From positions 7,301 through 71,300 of the forward strand of contig JALWOZ010000010.1 in the NCBI GenBank assembly GCA_027083345.1: 64,000 nt of DNA. The letters are read 5' to 3'. This stretch comes from Candidatus Kaiserbacteria bacterium (GTDB lineage: Bacteria > Patescibacteriota > Minisyncoccia > Phycocordibacterales > UBA2100). Positions 9,986-20,466 of this stretch are shown here, in pieces; position 1 is the stretch's first letter; every line of letters starts with the position of its first letter. The position numbers were made by a program, and so were the translations under genes. The notes under the pieces are model-generated. The model ran no database searches and was not told the DNA's origin. It worked only from the letters and a program-made list of their open reading frames with translations.

Positions 9986-10648
9986 TTATGCACAATCAGT
10001 ATACACATCTACATTATCTTTATTGGATAAAGCACATATTGGCTCAATATAGGACTCAGAAGTTTTAGACAAAGAACTTAGTCGAGCACATTTACCCTCT
10101 CCCGTAGTATATAAAACTATATGGTCAACACTCTCTAGCAAAAACCTAAGAGTAATGGTGATACGCTCTTTAAACTGATTATTGGTATTCTCATGTATAT
10201 ATCCCGTAACCCAATTATCAGTCTCTATGAACAATCTTCTAAATAGATCTTCATTTTCTGGCATAGGCAAAATCCCTGCAATATGTCCATCTGTACCCAT
10301 GCCAAGTAATGTGATTATCTTGCCTTCTGGATGTTGCCTTCGCCATCTTTTATATACCTCCTCCTCTATAGAAATTAAATTAACATTATGCTTTTTTATA
10401 TTCTTAAACCACTTTGTTTGTACCAGTCGCCGTGCATTACTATCTATCTCTCCTACATTGAGTCTTTCATCCACCAACCCTATACTCACTCTCTCATCAA
10501 TATTCTCAACGGCAATATACTCAAGTACACTCATTGCCGAGCCGCCTGACAAAAGTAATAAAACAGGAATACTTTTATATTCTGCCAAGAGTTCACCAAT
10601 ACGCTCTCCAGCGTCTTTACCAATTTGAGTACTTGTATGTAAATGCAT
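9986..10648 (-). CDS. pgl: 6-phosphogluconolactonase (NagB/Pgl family)
   Basis: LSGGS, VDER, LLGMGTDGHIAG, RIT; in operon with zwf/gnd. Confidence 0.85.
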   Translation of the reverse strand: MHLHTSTQIGKDAGERIGELLAEYKSIPVLLLLSGGSAMSVLEYIAVENIDERVSIGLVDERLNVGEIDSNARRLVQTKWFKNIKKHNVNLISIEEEVYKRWRRQHPEGKIITLLGMGTDGHIAGILPMPENEDLFRRLFIETDNWVTGYIHENTNNQFKERITITLRFLLESVDHIVLYTTGEGKCARLSSLSKTSESYIEPICALSNKDNVDVYTDCA

Positions 10649-10655
10649 AATTTAT

Positions 10656-11588
10656 TTAATCAACTATTACTTTCAATTCGTACCCAAATACTTTACTAAC
10701 TTCTTGCATATAATTCTTTATATTTTGTTTAAATAATGGCGCACGAACTTTCTGTATTTTACCTATAACATAATAACTCACCGCCATCATAGTTGCATAA
10801 TTTGCATTCTCTGGGAGTGGTATGTGTAAGCGATTACCCTCTTTACCCCAAGCAGTATTACGCTCGGCTTCTGTACCAAAACTAATAAAGAGCTCGTCTC
10901 CAGGTACTACTGTCGTGGCATGAGCAACATACTCGGCAGTCTCTACATCTCGTGCAACTGTGCGTCCAAAGAGCTCAATAAACTTAACTTGCAACATACG
11001 GATAATCCCAGAAAAGCGCGATGGTACAATAAGATAATAGCGATCAAAGAGTGAGAAGTCTGATAATGTCAATTTATCTATCACCTCAATAATATGATTG
11101 TATATTTTCTGCGCATCCTCTTTTGTTGCGCTAAGAATCATAGCCATATAGGTACTGGTATTATATGTATAAGGCTCTCGGTTTTTAGGGTAAGAGTATA
11201 CTATATCTGCTGTCATTGCGGCAGTTGAGTCTGGGCTATTAGTCAAGAGTATGACCTGCTTGCCTAAATCCTTTGCTTTTTGTGCGATTATTGGTGCATG
11301 TTTTTCTCCACTCGCAGAGATAAGTACAACCCCATCTATATTATCTATATTCTTTAATTTCTCTTCATAGGTACTCTCACTGGCAAATATAGCATCCAAC
11401 TTCTCAAAAATAATCCTACCGGTAGCCTCTGCATTACCAGAGCCAACAATTAATGGGCGTTTATACATACTCACATCAATTTGTGGTAACTCTAATTGCA
11501 TAAAGAGCTCGAGAGCTCCCAAAACCACAGTATCTAAATCTGGGAGATTGTCGAGAGTAAAACTTTTTAATATTTTTTGATTTTTCAT
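10656..11588 (-). CDS. SIS-domain sugar-phosphate isomerase, possible glucose-6-phosphate isomerase
   Basis: VGSGNA and ISASG SIS motifs; start moved to ATG 11588 (MKNQKI) to avoid overlap with gnd. Confidence 0.65.
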   Translation of the reverse strand: MKNQKILKSFTLDNLPDLDTVVLGALELFMQLELPQIDVSMYKRPLIVGSGNAEATGRIIFEKLDAIFASESTYEEKLKNIDNIDGVVLISASGEKHAPIIAQKAKDLGKQVILLTNSPDSTAAMTADIVYSYPKNREPYTYNTSTYMAMILSATKEDAQKIYNHIIEVIDKLTLSDFSLFDRYYLIVPSRFSGIIRMLQVKFIELFGRTVARDVETAEYVAHATTVVPGDELFISFGTEAERNTAWGKEGNRLHIPLPENANYATMMAVSYYVIGKIQKVRAPLFKQNIKNYMQEVSKVFGYELKVIVD

Positions 11589-11595
11589 ATATCTC

Positions 11596-12525
11596 TTATG
11601 AGCTAACTTTTGTATTACCTGCATGTCCTCCAAACATATTGCGCATCGTTTGTATAAGTTTACCCGCATAGCTCGGATCTTTCTGACTCTCAATCCTAGC
11701 ATCAAGCGCATGTTGAATAACTCCTGCATCTATACCCATATTTCCAGCCACCTTAAGGGTCCACTCTCCCTCACCAGAGGCACCGGCAGATCCACTCACC
11801 TCTGCAAGATCTTCGCCATAAGTTTGGAATCCTTTTTGTAACCATCCCACTAATCTACTTGTTATTACACTTTGATGTTGGTAGATGTCTGCCACATCTA
11901 GCATCTTTAGGTCGAAGTCTGAATGCTTCATGATATTAAAACCTTCTGCTATTGCTTCCATCATACCGTATTCGATACCATTGTGCACCATCTTTACAAA
12001 GTGCCCGGCACCACTCCTACCCATATATTTATAAGCATCTTTAGCAGATATATCTTTAAACAAATCCTCTAAATAGTTATATGTATCTTTTTCTCCTCCA
12101 ACCATTACGCAAACTCCATTCTTTGCACCTTCAGGACCACCGGAGACTCCAGCGTCAATATATTTTATTCCCTTTTTACTCATCTTTTTGCTTCTCTCTA
12201 TAGATAACTCATATAGTGAATTGCCTCCGTCTATCACAATATCTCCAAAACTTAGTAAGAGCCCTAAATCATCAAGTACTCCGTCTACATAATTATGTGG
12301 CACCATAAGCCAAATAACCCTCTCCCCGGGGTCTCCACTATTGTTTACTAGATCCTTAAGATCTTTATATCCCACACCACCAACCTCTATAAACCTATCC
12401 ACAGCATCATCGTTCACATCAGTAGCAACCACCTTCCACCCTTTAGTTAAGAGCCTGTTAGCCATATTAAAGCCCATTTTACCCAACCCAATATAACCAA
12501 TCTTCTTACTTATTATTTTTGTCAT
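11596..12525 (-). CDS. gnd: 6-phosphogluconate dehydrogenase (decarboxylating, short type)
   Basis: GLGKMG, IDGGNS, GVSGG, GHFVKMVHNGIEYG, RNMFGGH. Confidence 0.95.
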   Translation of the reverse strand: MTKIISKKIGYIGLGKMGFNMANRLLTKGWKVVATDVNDDAVDRFIEVGGVGYKDLKDLVNNSGDPGERVIWLMVPHNYVDGVLDDLGLLLSFGDIVIDGGNSLYELSIERSKKMSKKGIKYIDAGVSGGPEGAKNGVCVMVGGEKDTYNYLEDLFKDISAKDAYKYMGRSGAGHFVKMVHNGIEYGMMEAIAEGFNIMKHSDFDLKMLDVADIYQHQSVITSRLVGWLQKGFQTYGEDLAEVSGSAGASGEGEWTLKVAGNMGIDAGVIQHALDARIESQKDPSYAGKLIQTMRNMFGGHAGNTKVSS

Positions 12526-12543
12526 TATTATATTCTTATTTTA

Positions 12544-13944
12544 TTAAAGATTCTTATTAAACTCTTGCAACAAAGGCATAGTACCCTTTTTATATGACAC
12601 CAAAGGCACACTCTCCCAATTGTTAATTATAGGAGTTATAAACTTCCATGCCGCACACACCTCTTGAGCTGTTGGGAATATTGTACGATTACCTAAAATA
12701 GCATCTCTTAAAACTTGCTCATATGCATCAGGCAATCCTTTACTATCATCATATACATATTTTAACTCTTGAGATTCTAATACATATTCTAAGCCGGGCT
12801 TTTTAACCCAAAATCGTATAGATATTTGTTTTTGAGGTTGTAGAGAGAAAGTTAGCCTATTACCATGCTCATGACCTTCTCCATTAACACCACAAACACA
12901 AGGGGTACGCCTTTTAAATTGTACTTGTATCTCTATATTGTCTTCTGGCATACCTTTACCCCCTTCTATCAAAAACGAAACCCCTTGCCAAACCGGTGAG
13001 TCCACAAAAGCCCGTATAGCAAAATATGTCTCAGTATCTGAATTGTCGCTTATACCAGCAGTATCTCTATAACTGTCATATTGAGCTCTAAATGTATTCT
13101 TAGCTACTTCTTCTTTACTAGAGTACACCCTTAGAGAATTTAATATACCCAAACGCATAGAAGAGATTTTCTCAGCATTTAGCTCCCCGGGGCTGTCCAT
13201 TGCCAACAAGGTTAACAATTGCAATAGGTGATTCTGCCCGACATCTCTTAGGGCTCCAACTGTCTCATAAAAAGCTCCTCTATTCTCAACATCTCCACTT
13301 TCATACATCTTTATATGAACAGACTCGACATGGTTATTATCCCAAGTATGCTCGAATAATGCATTTGAAAATCTAAAAGCTATCAGATTCTCTATAGTAT
13401 CTTTCGCCAGGTAATGATCTACCCTAAATATTTGAGTCTCTTTTAAATATTGATTAATTATACTATTGAGCTCCTCTGCACTCTCACTATCATAACCAAA
13501 TGGCTTCTCTACTAAGATCCTACTCCAATTAGTGGGACCCTCTATAGCAACTTCACTATTACCTAAATTTTTAAAAACTTCTTTATATAAAGTGGGAGGT
13601 ACTGCTAGGTGAAAGAGTCTATTACCTCTAACATCAACTCCTAACTCATGTTCCATATCCAAAATAGCAGCACCAAGCTTGTGATACGCTTCTTCATCTA
13701 ATAGATCCATTTGTAGATAAGAAAGTATATCCAAAAATTCTTCAGACACTCCGTTAACTTTCCCTGCTACATAATCCTTAAAAGTTGTTGTACTCATTTG
13801 TTCTCTAGACACTCCTAAAATCCTTACATCTTTAGGCAAATTTCTACGTTTATATAGATCAGATAAAGAAGGTAACAGTTTACGCCAAGCTAAATCTCCC
13901 ATGGCCCCAAAAAGTATTATTGTAGTAGGTGTGTTAAATGTCAT
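12544..13944 (-). CDS. zwf: Glucose-6-phosphate 1-dehydrogenase
   Basis: GAMGDLA, EKPFG, RVDHYLAK, RDVGQNHLLQ; probable start ATG 13944 (MTFNTP). Confidence 0.95.
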   Translation of the reverse strand: MTFNTPTTIILFGAMGDLAWRKLLPSLSDLYKRRNLPKDVRILGVSREQMSTTTFKDYVAGKVNGVSEEFLDILSYLQMDLLDEEAYHKLGAAILDMEHELGVDVRGNRLFHLAVPPTLYKEVFKNLGNSEVAIEGPTNWSRILVEKPFGYDSESAEELNSIINQYLKETQIFRVDHYLAKDTIENLIAFRFSNALFEHTWDNNHVESVHIKMYESGDVENRGAFYETVGALRDVGQNHLLQLLTLLAMDSPGELNAEKISSMRLGILNSLRVYSSKEEVAKNTFRAQYDSYRDTAGISDNSDTETYFAIRAFVDSPVWQGVSFLIEGGKGMPEDNIEIQVQFKRRTPCVCGVNGEGHEHGNRLTFSLQPQKQISIRFWVKKPGLEYVLESQELKYVYDDSKGLPDAYEQVLRDAILGNRTIFPTAQEVCAAWKFITPIINNWESVPLVSYKKGTMPLLQEFNKNL

Positions 13945-13966
13945 ATATGAGTAACTGTTCATATAT
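13943..13966. promoter_or_regulatory. SmtB/ArsR-type operator at the zwf start
   Basis: ATATATGAGTA-AC-TGTTCATATAT, an 11-2-11 inverted repeat (9/11) resembling CzrA/SmtB boxes; adjacent arsR gene. Confidence 0.65.
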
Positions 13967-14020
13967 AATACTACACCTATACTGCTTACACAAAAATACA
14001 ATGTGCATAATCATTACGCA

Positions 14021-14332
14021 CTATTTATAAAAGATCTCAAGAGCTTGAACTAGCTTTTTAGTAAATTCCGAGTCTGTTAGGCTATAACACATAGATTGCC
14101 CAACTCTAACACATTCAACAATTTTTAAAGCTTCCATCTTATTAAGTTGATGACTAGCTGCTGAATGAGTAAGCCCTATAGTCTCTGCAACCTCGTATAC
14201 GCATTGTCCACTCTTCTCAGCATCTACTAGAAGTTTAATTATCCTACACCTTGTAGGGTCTGCTATTATTGCAAATATAGAGGCAGCCTCTGTAGCTTTT
14301 TTATATTCCTTTTTCTTCTTATTACCAAACAT
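14021..14332 (-). CDS. ArsR/SmtB-family transcriptional regulator
   Basis: ADPTRCRII, CVYEVA, SAASHQL winged HTH. Confidence 0.9.
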   Translation of the reverse strand: MFGNKKKKEYKKATEAASIFAIIADPTRCRIIKLLVDAEKSGQCVYEVAETIGLTHSAASHQLNKMEALKIVECVRVGQSMCYSLTDSEFTKKLVQALEIFYK

Positions 14333-14379
14333 AACTATATTTTTATTATTAATTGAGTATACTATATATTGTACTACTT

Positions 14380-15360
14380 ATGAAGCACTCTCACCCTAAA
14401 CCAAATCTAAAAGTACAGATATTTGTATCTATAATAGCGCTAGCATTTTTAACCGTCTTGCTACTGACCATTAAGGGTGATGCTCATTATTGGTTAAGAT
14501 TTTGGTGGATGTTCCCCATAGCTTTAAGCATAGCTATAACTGTCAACACTTTGGGTATAAGTGGCGCTGCTTTATTTGTGCCATTCTTTATTTTAATCTT
14601 CCCTATCTTTGCAGACCCATTAACCACCACCCAAAGTGTTAAGCTGGGCCTTATAACAGAGTCCTTTGGATTGTCTAGCTCTGCTTTGGCTTTTTGGGTT
14701 TTTGGTTTGGTAGATAAAAAGTTGGCTACTTACGCAATAATAGGTGCATTACCTTTAGTTATAACTGGGGCTCTCATTACTTCTTTTATACCTCATAGTA
14801 TATTACTACTTATGATTGCTAGCTTACTAATTATCTCTATAACCTTACTTAAATACACAAAGACTCTTCAAAAACACAGGTTAGAAGAGTTATCTAAAAA
14901 TCCAATAGACTATTCAAAAACAAAAGGAGAAAAAGTTACTAAAACCAGCTTAGACGGCGTTCACTATAATTACTGTCGTACCAAAATCGGATACTACAAA
15001 CGCTTTATAGGATACGGCATAGGGGGCTTCTTTCAAGGAGCCGCAGGCTTTGGTATAGGAGAGATGGGTATTATCTCAATGATCCTCACAAAGATACCCA
15101 CACGCATAGCAGTAGGTACAAGTCATATAGTGGTAGCCAGCACTGCAATTATTGCATCTTTTATACATGTATCTCTAGTTAACTCAACCCTAGATAGTGT
15201 CCCTTGGAATATACCATTTATTACGGTACCGGCAGTGATAATAGGAGGTCAACTAGCTCCATATATAACTTCTAAATTACCAACTAAATGGCTTGAAAGA
15301 TTTATTAGCGCTCTATTTTTACTTATAGCAATTTCTTTAGTCATACTAGCCTTTAATTAA
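14380..15360 (+). CDS. TauE/SafE (TSUP) family exporter
   Basis: LGISGAALFVP, GFGIGE, AVGTS, IIGGQLAP; about 8-9 TM; ATG at 14380. Confidence 0.85.
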   Translation: MKHSHPKPNLKVQIFVSIIALAFLTVLLLTIKGDAHYWLRFWWMFPIALSIAITVNTLGISGAALFVPFFILIFPIFADPLTTTQSVKLGLITESFGLSSSALAFWVFGLVDKKLATYAIIGALPLVITGALITSFIPHSILLLMIASLLIISITLLKYTKTLQKHRLEELSKNPIDYSKTKGEKVTKTSLDGVHYNYCRTKIGYYKRFIGYGIGGFFQGAAGFGIGEMGIISMILTKIPTRIAVGTSHIVVASTAIIASFIHVSLVNSTLDSVPWNIPFITVPAVIIGGQLAPYITSKLPTKWLERFISALFLLIAISLVILAFN

Positions 15361-15409
15361 AAGCTCCATGATATAATTTATTAACCTTTAACAACATTAA
15401 TTATAATCT

Positions 15410-17812
15410 ATGGATAATCCTACAAATTTTAAAGGTCTTTCAGACTCTCAAGTAAAAGATCTTAGACAAAAATATGGAGCTAATGAGTTAGTTGAGATAA
15501 AAGACTCTACATTAATATGGATACTAAAAAAGTTCCTGAACCCCATAACCATAATGATAGAATTTGCTCTTATTTTATCTTTTTTGGCTCATAAGACTGA
15601 GGACTTTGTAATAATTACAATACTCTTGTTGGTGAATGTGGGTATAGAGATGTGGCAAGAGAAGAAGGCCTCAAATGCTCTCGAGGCTCTGAAAGAGACA
15701 TTAACCCCTACTGCGGTTGTCTTACGCAATAACTCTTTCGTAACAATACCGGCCAGAGAACTTGTACCCGGAGATATTATCAAGATTGTTATTGGAGACA
15801 TAGTGCCTGCAGATGTAAAAATTATAAGCAACGACATAGTAGAGGTAGACCAAGCATCTATAACAGGAGAATCTCTGGCAGTAGAACACAAAAAAGAAGA
15901 TACACTATACGCCACCTCAATAGTTCAAAAAGGTTCTGCTTATGCTGAGGTTATTGCAATAGGCAGTGCCACATTTATAGGTAAAAGTGCTGAGTTAGTA
16001 AAGCGCGCCGAAATACAAGAAGAGAGCCACTTTCAAAAAGCTATAATAAACATAGGTAAATTTTTAGCTGTATTGTCAGCCACTTTAATAATACTCACCT
16101 CAATAGCTCTATGGTACAAAGGAGACTCTTTAATAGAGATACTACAATTCGCTTTGGTATTAGCTGTGGCCTCTATACCAGTAGCCTTACCTGCAGTACT
16201 CTCTGTAACTATGGCAGTAGGAGCCTCTGCTCTAACAAAATATAAAGCTGTAGTGGCTAACTTTAAGGCTGTTGAGGAACTGGCGGGAGTAGATACTTTG
16301 TGTGTAGACAAGACCGGCACTCTAACCAAAAATGAGCTCTCTATAACACAACCAATAACATATAATAATGAATCATTAAAAACTTTGTTTACATATGCTA
16401 TCTTAGCTTCTGAGATAAATCATAAAAATAACATAGAATTAGCGATAGGGCGTGTTGCAAAAGAATATGATGTACTAGCCAAAGACCTAAAACAAATATA
16501 CACAATAACTAAATTTATATCATTTACACCATCTACCAAATCTACAGAGGCTTTTTTAACAACAAAAGACGATGAGAAGTTCTCAATAGTTATGGGTGCC
16601 CCACAAATTATAGCAAACTCTTTAACTAACCTAGACACTAAAAAACAATTAGAAGAAGATGTGGCAAAATTAGCAAAAGATGGCCTACGCTCTTTAGCTA
16701 TTATCAAGAAAACAAACAACACTGTAGAACTAGTAGGACTACTACCTATGATAGACCCCCCAAGAGAAGACTCTAAAACAGTAATATCTGCAATACGCAA
16801 TTATAATATACAAATAAAAATGATTACGGGAGACAACTCTGCAATAGCCAGATTTATAGGTAAAATACTAAACTTAGGTACAAATGTTAAAAATACCCAA
16901 GAACTAAACTCTACTAATAATATTGAGAAATTAATACACAGCACAAATATTTTTGCTGAGGTTGTACCTGAAGATAAATACAATATTATAGACTCTCTCC
17001 AAAAAAATGGGCACATAGTAGCCATGACAGGAGACGGCGTCAATGATGCACCAGCCCTTAAGAAGGCAGACATTGGCATTGCCGTCTCTGGTGCCTCCCC
17101 TGCCGCACGCTCAGCCGCTGATGTTGTGCTTACCGATCCCGGTCTAAGTACCATAAAAATAGCACTGGAGCACGCCAGGCAAGTCTTTGCCCGTATGCAA
17201 GGTTACGCAACTTTCCGTATAGCAGAGACGGTGCGGGTAGTATTTTTTGTTAGTCTTTCGGTGTTCTTTTTTGGCTTTACACCTATACCTGCCATTATGA
17301 TAGTGTTACTTGCCCTACTTAACGACATCCCTGTAATGGCTATGGCTTACGATAATGCGCCGGTAAACAAAGACCCTGTAAGATGGGACTTGTACGAAAC
17401 AATAACCGTCTCTAGTGTGCTAGGTATAGCTGGCTTAATATCCTCTTTCTTGTTGCTATATATATTACAAGCTAGTGCAGTACCTTTAACTGTTATCTAT
17501 ACTATACTATTTATTAAACTTGACGTATCTGGGCACTCCACTCTATACACAACACGTACTGGCCATAAGCACTTTTGGGAGAGACCATTCCCCTCTCTAA
17601 AATTCTTCTTACCCGCATTTGGGTCTAGACTAGTTGGTACTCTTTTAGCTATTTTTGGTATATTTATGCAACCTATAAGTATAGTGGCCATATTGGCAAT
17701 ATGGACATACAGTACAATATGGTTCTTATTTAATGACCAAATAAAAGTCTTAACATACAAGATCCTATATAAATTTAGAAAGAAAAACACAACTATACAC
17801 CAAGCTTATTAA
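15410..17812 (+). CDS. Plasma-membrane-type proton-efflux P3A ATPase
   Basis: TGES, IPVALP, DKTGT, DPPR, GDGVNDAP and ALLND (proton-site Asp). Confidence 0.9.
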   Translation: MDNPTNFKGLSDSQVKDLRQKYGANELVEIKDSTLIWILKKFLNPITIMIEFALILSFLAHKTEDFVIITILLLVNVGIEMWQEKKASNALEALKETLTPTAVVLRNNSFVTIPARELVPGDIIKIVIGDIVPADVKIISNDIVEVDQASITGESLAVEHKKEDTLYATSIVQKGSAYAEVIAIGSATFIGKSAELVKRAEIQEESHFQKAIINIGKFLAVLSATLIILTSIALWYKGDSLIEILQFALVLAVASIPVALPAVLSVTMAVGASALTKYKAVVANFKAVEELAGVDTLCVDKTGTLTKNELSITQPITYNNESLKTLFTYAILASEINHKNNIELAIGRVAKEYDVLAKDLKQIYTITKFISFTPSTKSTEAFLTTKDDEKFSIVMGAPQIIANSLTNLDTKKQLEEDVAKLAKDGLRSLAIIKKTNNTVELVGLLPMIDPPREDSKTVISAIRNYNIQIKMITGDNSAIARFIGKILNLGTNVKNTQELNSTNNIEKLIHSTNIFAEVVPEDKYNIIDSLQKNGHIVAMTGDGVNDAPALKKADIGIAVSGASPAARSAADVVLTDPGLSTIKIALEHARQVFARMQGYATFRIAETVRVVFFVSLSVFFFGFTPIPAIMIVLLALLNDIPVMAMAYDNAPVNKDPVRWDLYETITVSSVLGIAGLISSFLLLYILQASAVPLTVIYTILFIKLDVSGHSTLYTTRTGHKHFWERPFPSLKFFLPAFGSRLVGTLLAIFGIFMQPISIVAILAIWTYSTIWFLFNDQIKVLTYKILYKFRKKNTTIHQAY

Positions 17813-19617
17813 ACTTTCTTATTTCTCTTGCGCTCATTCTCAGTAAGATATTGCTTACGCAAACGTATATCATCTGGTGTTACCTCTAGGTACTCATCTG
17901 CTCGCATCAAACCAAGTGCCTTCTCTAGTGTTAGCTCCATTGGTGGTGTTAGTTTTATAGTCTCGTCTGTACCTGCTGCACGCATATTAGTCAATTGCTT
18001 ACCCTTTGTTGGGTTAACCATCATATCTTCACCTTTGGCAGTGTTGCCCACTACCATACCCTCATACACCTCTGTAGTTGGGCCGATATATAGCACTCCG
18101 CGAGTTTGCAGATTAGTAAGTGCAAAGGTGAGTGCCTTACCTCTAGCCATAGAGATCATAGAGCCAAGCTCCGTCTTAACTATCTCTCCAGCATAAGGCT
18201 TAAACTCTGTAAAGATGCTCGTAAGTATGCCCTCGCCCTTAGTGTCTACTACAAACTCATTGGCATAACCGAGTAAGCCTCTGGTGGGTATGTCAAACTT
18301 CATACTCACCTGCCCGTTCTCTGTCTTCATATCGCTCATGATACCGCGCCTCTTGCCCAACTTCTCTATGATTACTCCACTATACTCCTCTGGTACAAAT
18401 ATACTCACCTCCTCAAAGGGCTCGTATTTTTGCCCATCTCGCTCCTCAGTAATAACCTCAGGTTGACTCACAGCAAGTTCAAAGCCCTCTCTACGCATAT
18501 TCTCTATAAGTATGGCTAGGTGCAACTCTCCACGCCCAGAGACTTTATAGCGCACCCCATCATCAAGCTCTGCACTTAGTCCAACGTTCACCTCTAGCTC
18601 CTTCTCTAGCCTATCGCGTATTTGTCTGCTAGTGAGGAACTTGCCACCCTGCCCAGCAAAGGGTGAGTCATTAACAAACATGTGCAATGACAACGTTGGC
18701 TTGTCTATAGTTATCTCTGGCAATGGCTCTGCACCTTCGCTATCGCTTATAGTCTGACCAATATAAATCTCCGGTATACCAGCTAGCATCACAATATCTC
18801 CTGCCTTTGCCTCTGCAACCTCCTTTTTACTCATACCCTCAAAGGTATAGAGTTTACTCAGCTTGCCCGTGTATTTATTACCCTCCGCATCTTGTACAAA
18901 GACATTACTCTTATCTTTAAGAGTACCACTATATATACGACAGATACCCATACGCCCTAAGAAGTTGTCGTACGCAAGGTTAAATACTTGCGCGCGCAAT
19001 GGCTCATTGTCTAAATTACCCTTATTGGCTGGAGGCACAACCTCTAATATTAAATCTAGTAATGGTGTTAAATCTTTAGACTCATCACTCATCTCTCTCT
19101 TGGCTATACCATCTCGCCCCACAGCATAGATAGTCTCAAAGTCTAGTTGCTCATCAGTAGCACCAAGATCCATAAAGAGCTCGTATACATCTTCTTGAGC
19201 TTTGTCTACATCTGCGCCAGGCTTGTCTATCTTATTAAGCACAAGTATTGGTTTTAGCCCAAGCTCAAGACTCTTCTTAAGTACAAACTTAGTCTGTGGC
19301 ATTGGGCCCTCTTGTGCATCTACTATTAGCAGTACTGAGTCTATAGAGCGCAATACACGCTCTACCTCAGAGCCAAAGTCGGCGTGGCCTGGAGTGTCTA
19401 AGATGTTTATCTTAGTAGGTTCTCGCCCTGAGCTTGTCGAAGGGTACATCAACGAGGTGTTCTTAGCATAGATAGTGATACCGCGCTCTTGCTCTATCTT
19501 GTCTGAGTCCATAGATACACCCTTTTGCACCATGCCTGTTTGCTCAAGCATTGCATCTGTAAGAGTTGTCTTACCGTGGTCTACATGGGCTATTATTGCT
19601 ATATTTCTTATCTCCAT
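17809..19617 (-). CDS. typA: Translational GTPase TypA/BipA
   Basis: [41 protein letters not shown]. Confidence 0.97.
   Translation of the reverse strand: MEIRNIAIIAHVDHGKTTLTDAMLEQTGMVQKGVSMDSDKIEQERGITIYAKNTSLMYPSTSSGREPTKINILDTPGHADFGSEVERVLRSIDSVLLIVDAQEGPMPQTKFVLKKSLELGLKPILVLNKIDKPGADVDKAQEDVYELFMDLGATDEQLDFETIYAVGRDGIAKREMSDESKDLTPLLDLILEVVPPANKGNLDNEPLRAQVFNLAYDNFLGRMGICRIYSGTLKDKSNVFVQDAEGNKYTGKLSKLYTFEGMSKKEVAEAKAGDIVMLAGIPEIYIGQTISDSEGAEPLPEITIDKPTLSLHMFVNDSPFAGQGGKFLTSRQIRDRLEKELEVNVGLSAELDDGVRYKVSGRGELHLAILIENMRREGFELAVSQPEVITEERDGQKYEPFEEVSIFVPEEYSGVIIEKLGKRRGIMSDMKTENGQVSMKFDIPTRGLLGYANEFVVDTKGEGILTSIFTEFKPYAGEIVKTELGSMISMARGKALTFALTNLQTRGVLYIGPTTEVYEGMVVGNTAKGEDMMVNPTKGKQLTNMRAAGTDETIKLTPPMELTLEKALGLMRADEYLEVTPDDIRLRKQYLTENERKRNKKV
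19418..19444. repeat. Short palindromic REP-like element inserted in frame in typA (encodes PSTSSGREP)
   Basis: GGTTCTCGCCCTGAGCTTGTCGAAGGG expands the usually short loop between KNTSxxY and TKINI. Confidence 0.7.
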
Positions 19618-19677
19618 AAGTGCTAGAGTATACGCTATTTCTAGCTTTTTGCTAGAGTTCTGCTAAGATACTCACTA

Positions 19678-20466
19678 ATGTATTTAGAAATCTTACTCTC
19701 TGGTGTAGTTATAGTACTCACATCTCTCTCTGGCAAGCTCGTTATGTGGGGAACATTAGGTCGATATTTGCAAAAGCATCTTAAGTACCTAGTAACATTA
19801 GCACTCGGAGTATTCTCCGTTACCCTCTACTTAATGTTTGGAGAGGTCCTTGAACTCTCTACATCTTGGTGGCAGACCTCAATAGCCCTAGCACTCGGAG
19901 CGGTTGCACTAGAGGCTGTGCACCGCCTATTGCCAGACGCTCACCATCACCACGGCGCAGACAGAGGCGAATGTTGCGAGACTTGTGACTGCAACAAAAC
20001 GCACACTCATAGTCGCAAGATAAATCCAAAGCGTATCCTCCTAGGAGATGCACTACATAACATAGGCGACGGTGTGGCTATCGTATCTGCATACTTGATC
20101 AGCCTTGAGGCAGGCCTTGTGCTTACGGCCGGCATCTTCTTGCACGAGTTTGTACAAGAGACCTCTGAGTTCTTCATCCTTAAAGAGGTCGGTTACTCAA
20201 CTAAGAAGGCACTCTTAAGCAACCTATTGGTACAAAGCTCTATTTTTATAGGTATTATACTTACAATTATAGTCTCTAACACTACTACTTATACTCCGTT
20301 AATAATAGCCTTCTCTGTTGGAGCTCTAGCTTATATTATATTGCGTGACTTGCTACCACACACACTTGAGCGTATTAAGCACGGCGGAGGGTTAACTAAG
20401 CACTTACTCGCCTACACCATAGGCTTTATAATTATGCTCGCTATAGCCAGCTTACTACCTGGTTAA
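19678..20466 (+). CDS. ZIP-family metal transporter
   Basis: GDALHNIGDG, HEFVQE, His/Cys-rich loop. Confidence 0.9.
   Translation: MYLEILLSGVVIVLTSLSGKLVMWGTLGRYLQKHLKYLVTLALGVFSVTLYLMFGEVLELSTSWWQTSIALALGAVALEAVHRLLPDAHHHHGADRGECCETCDCNKTHTHSRKINPKRILLGDALHNIGDGVAIVSAYLISLEAGLVLTAGIFLHEFVQETSEFFILKEVGYSTKKALLSNLLVQSSIFIGIILTIIVSNTTTYTPLIIAFSVGALAYIILRDLLPHTLERIKHGGGLTKHLLAYTIGFIIMLAIASLLPG

Noticed and set aside
11589-11729. N-terminal extension of the SIS protein overlapping gnd
   Set aside because: An ATG at 11588 just after the gnd stop is more plausible.
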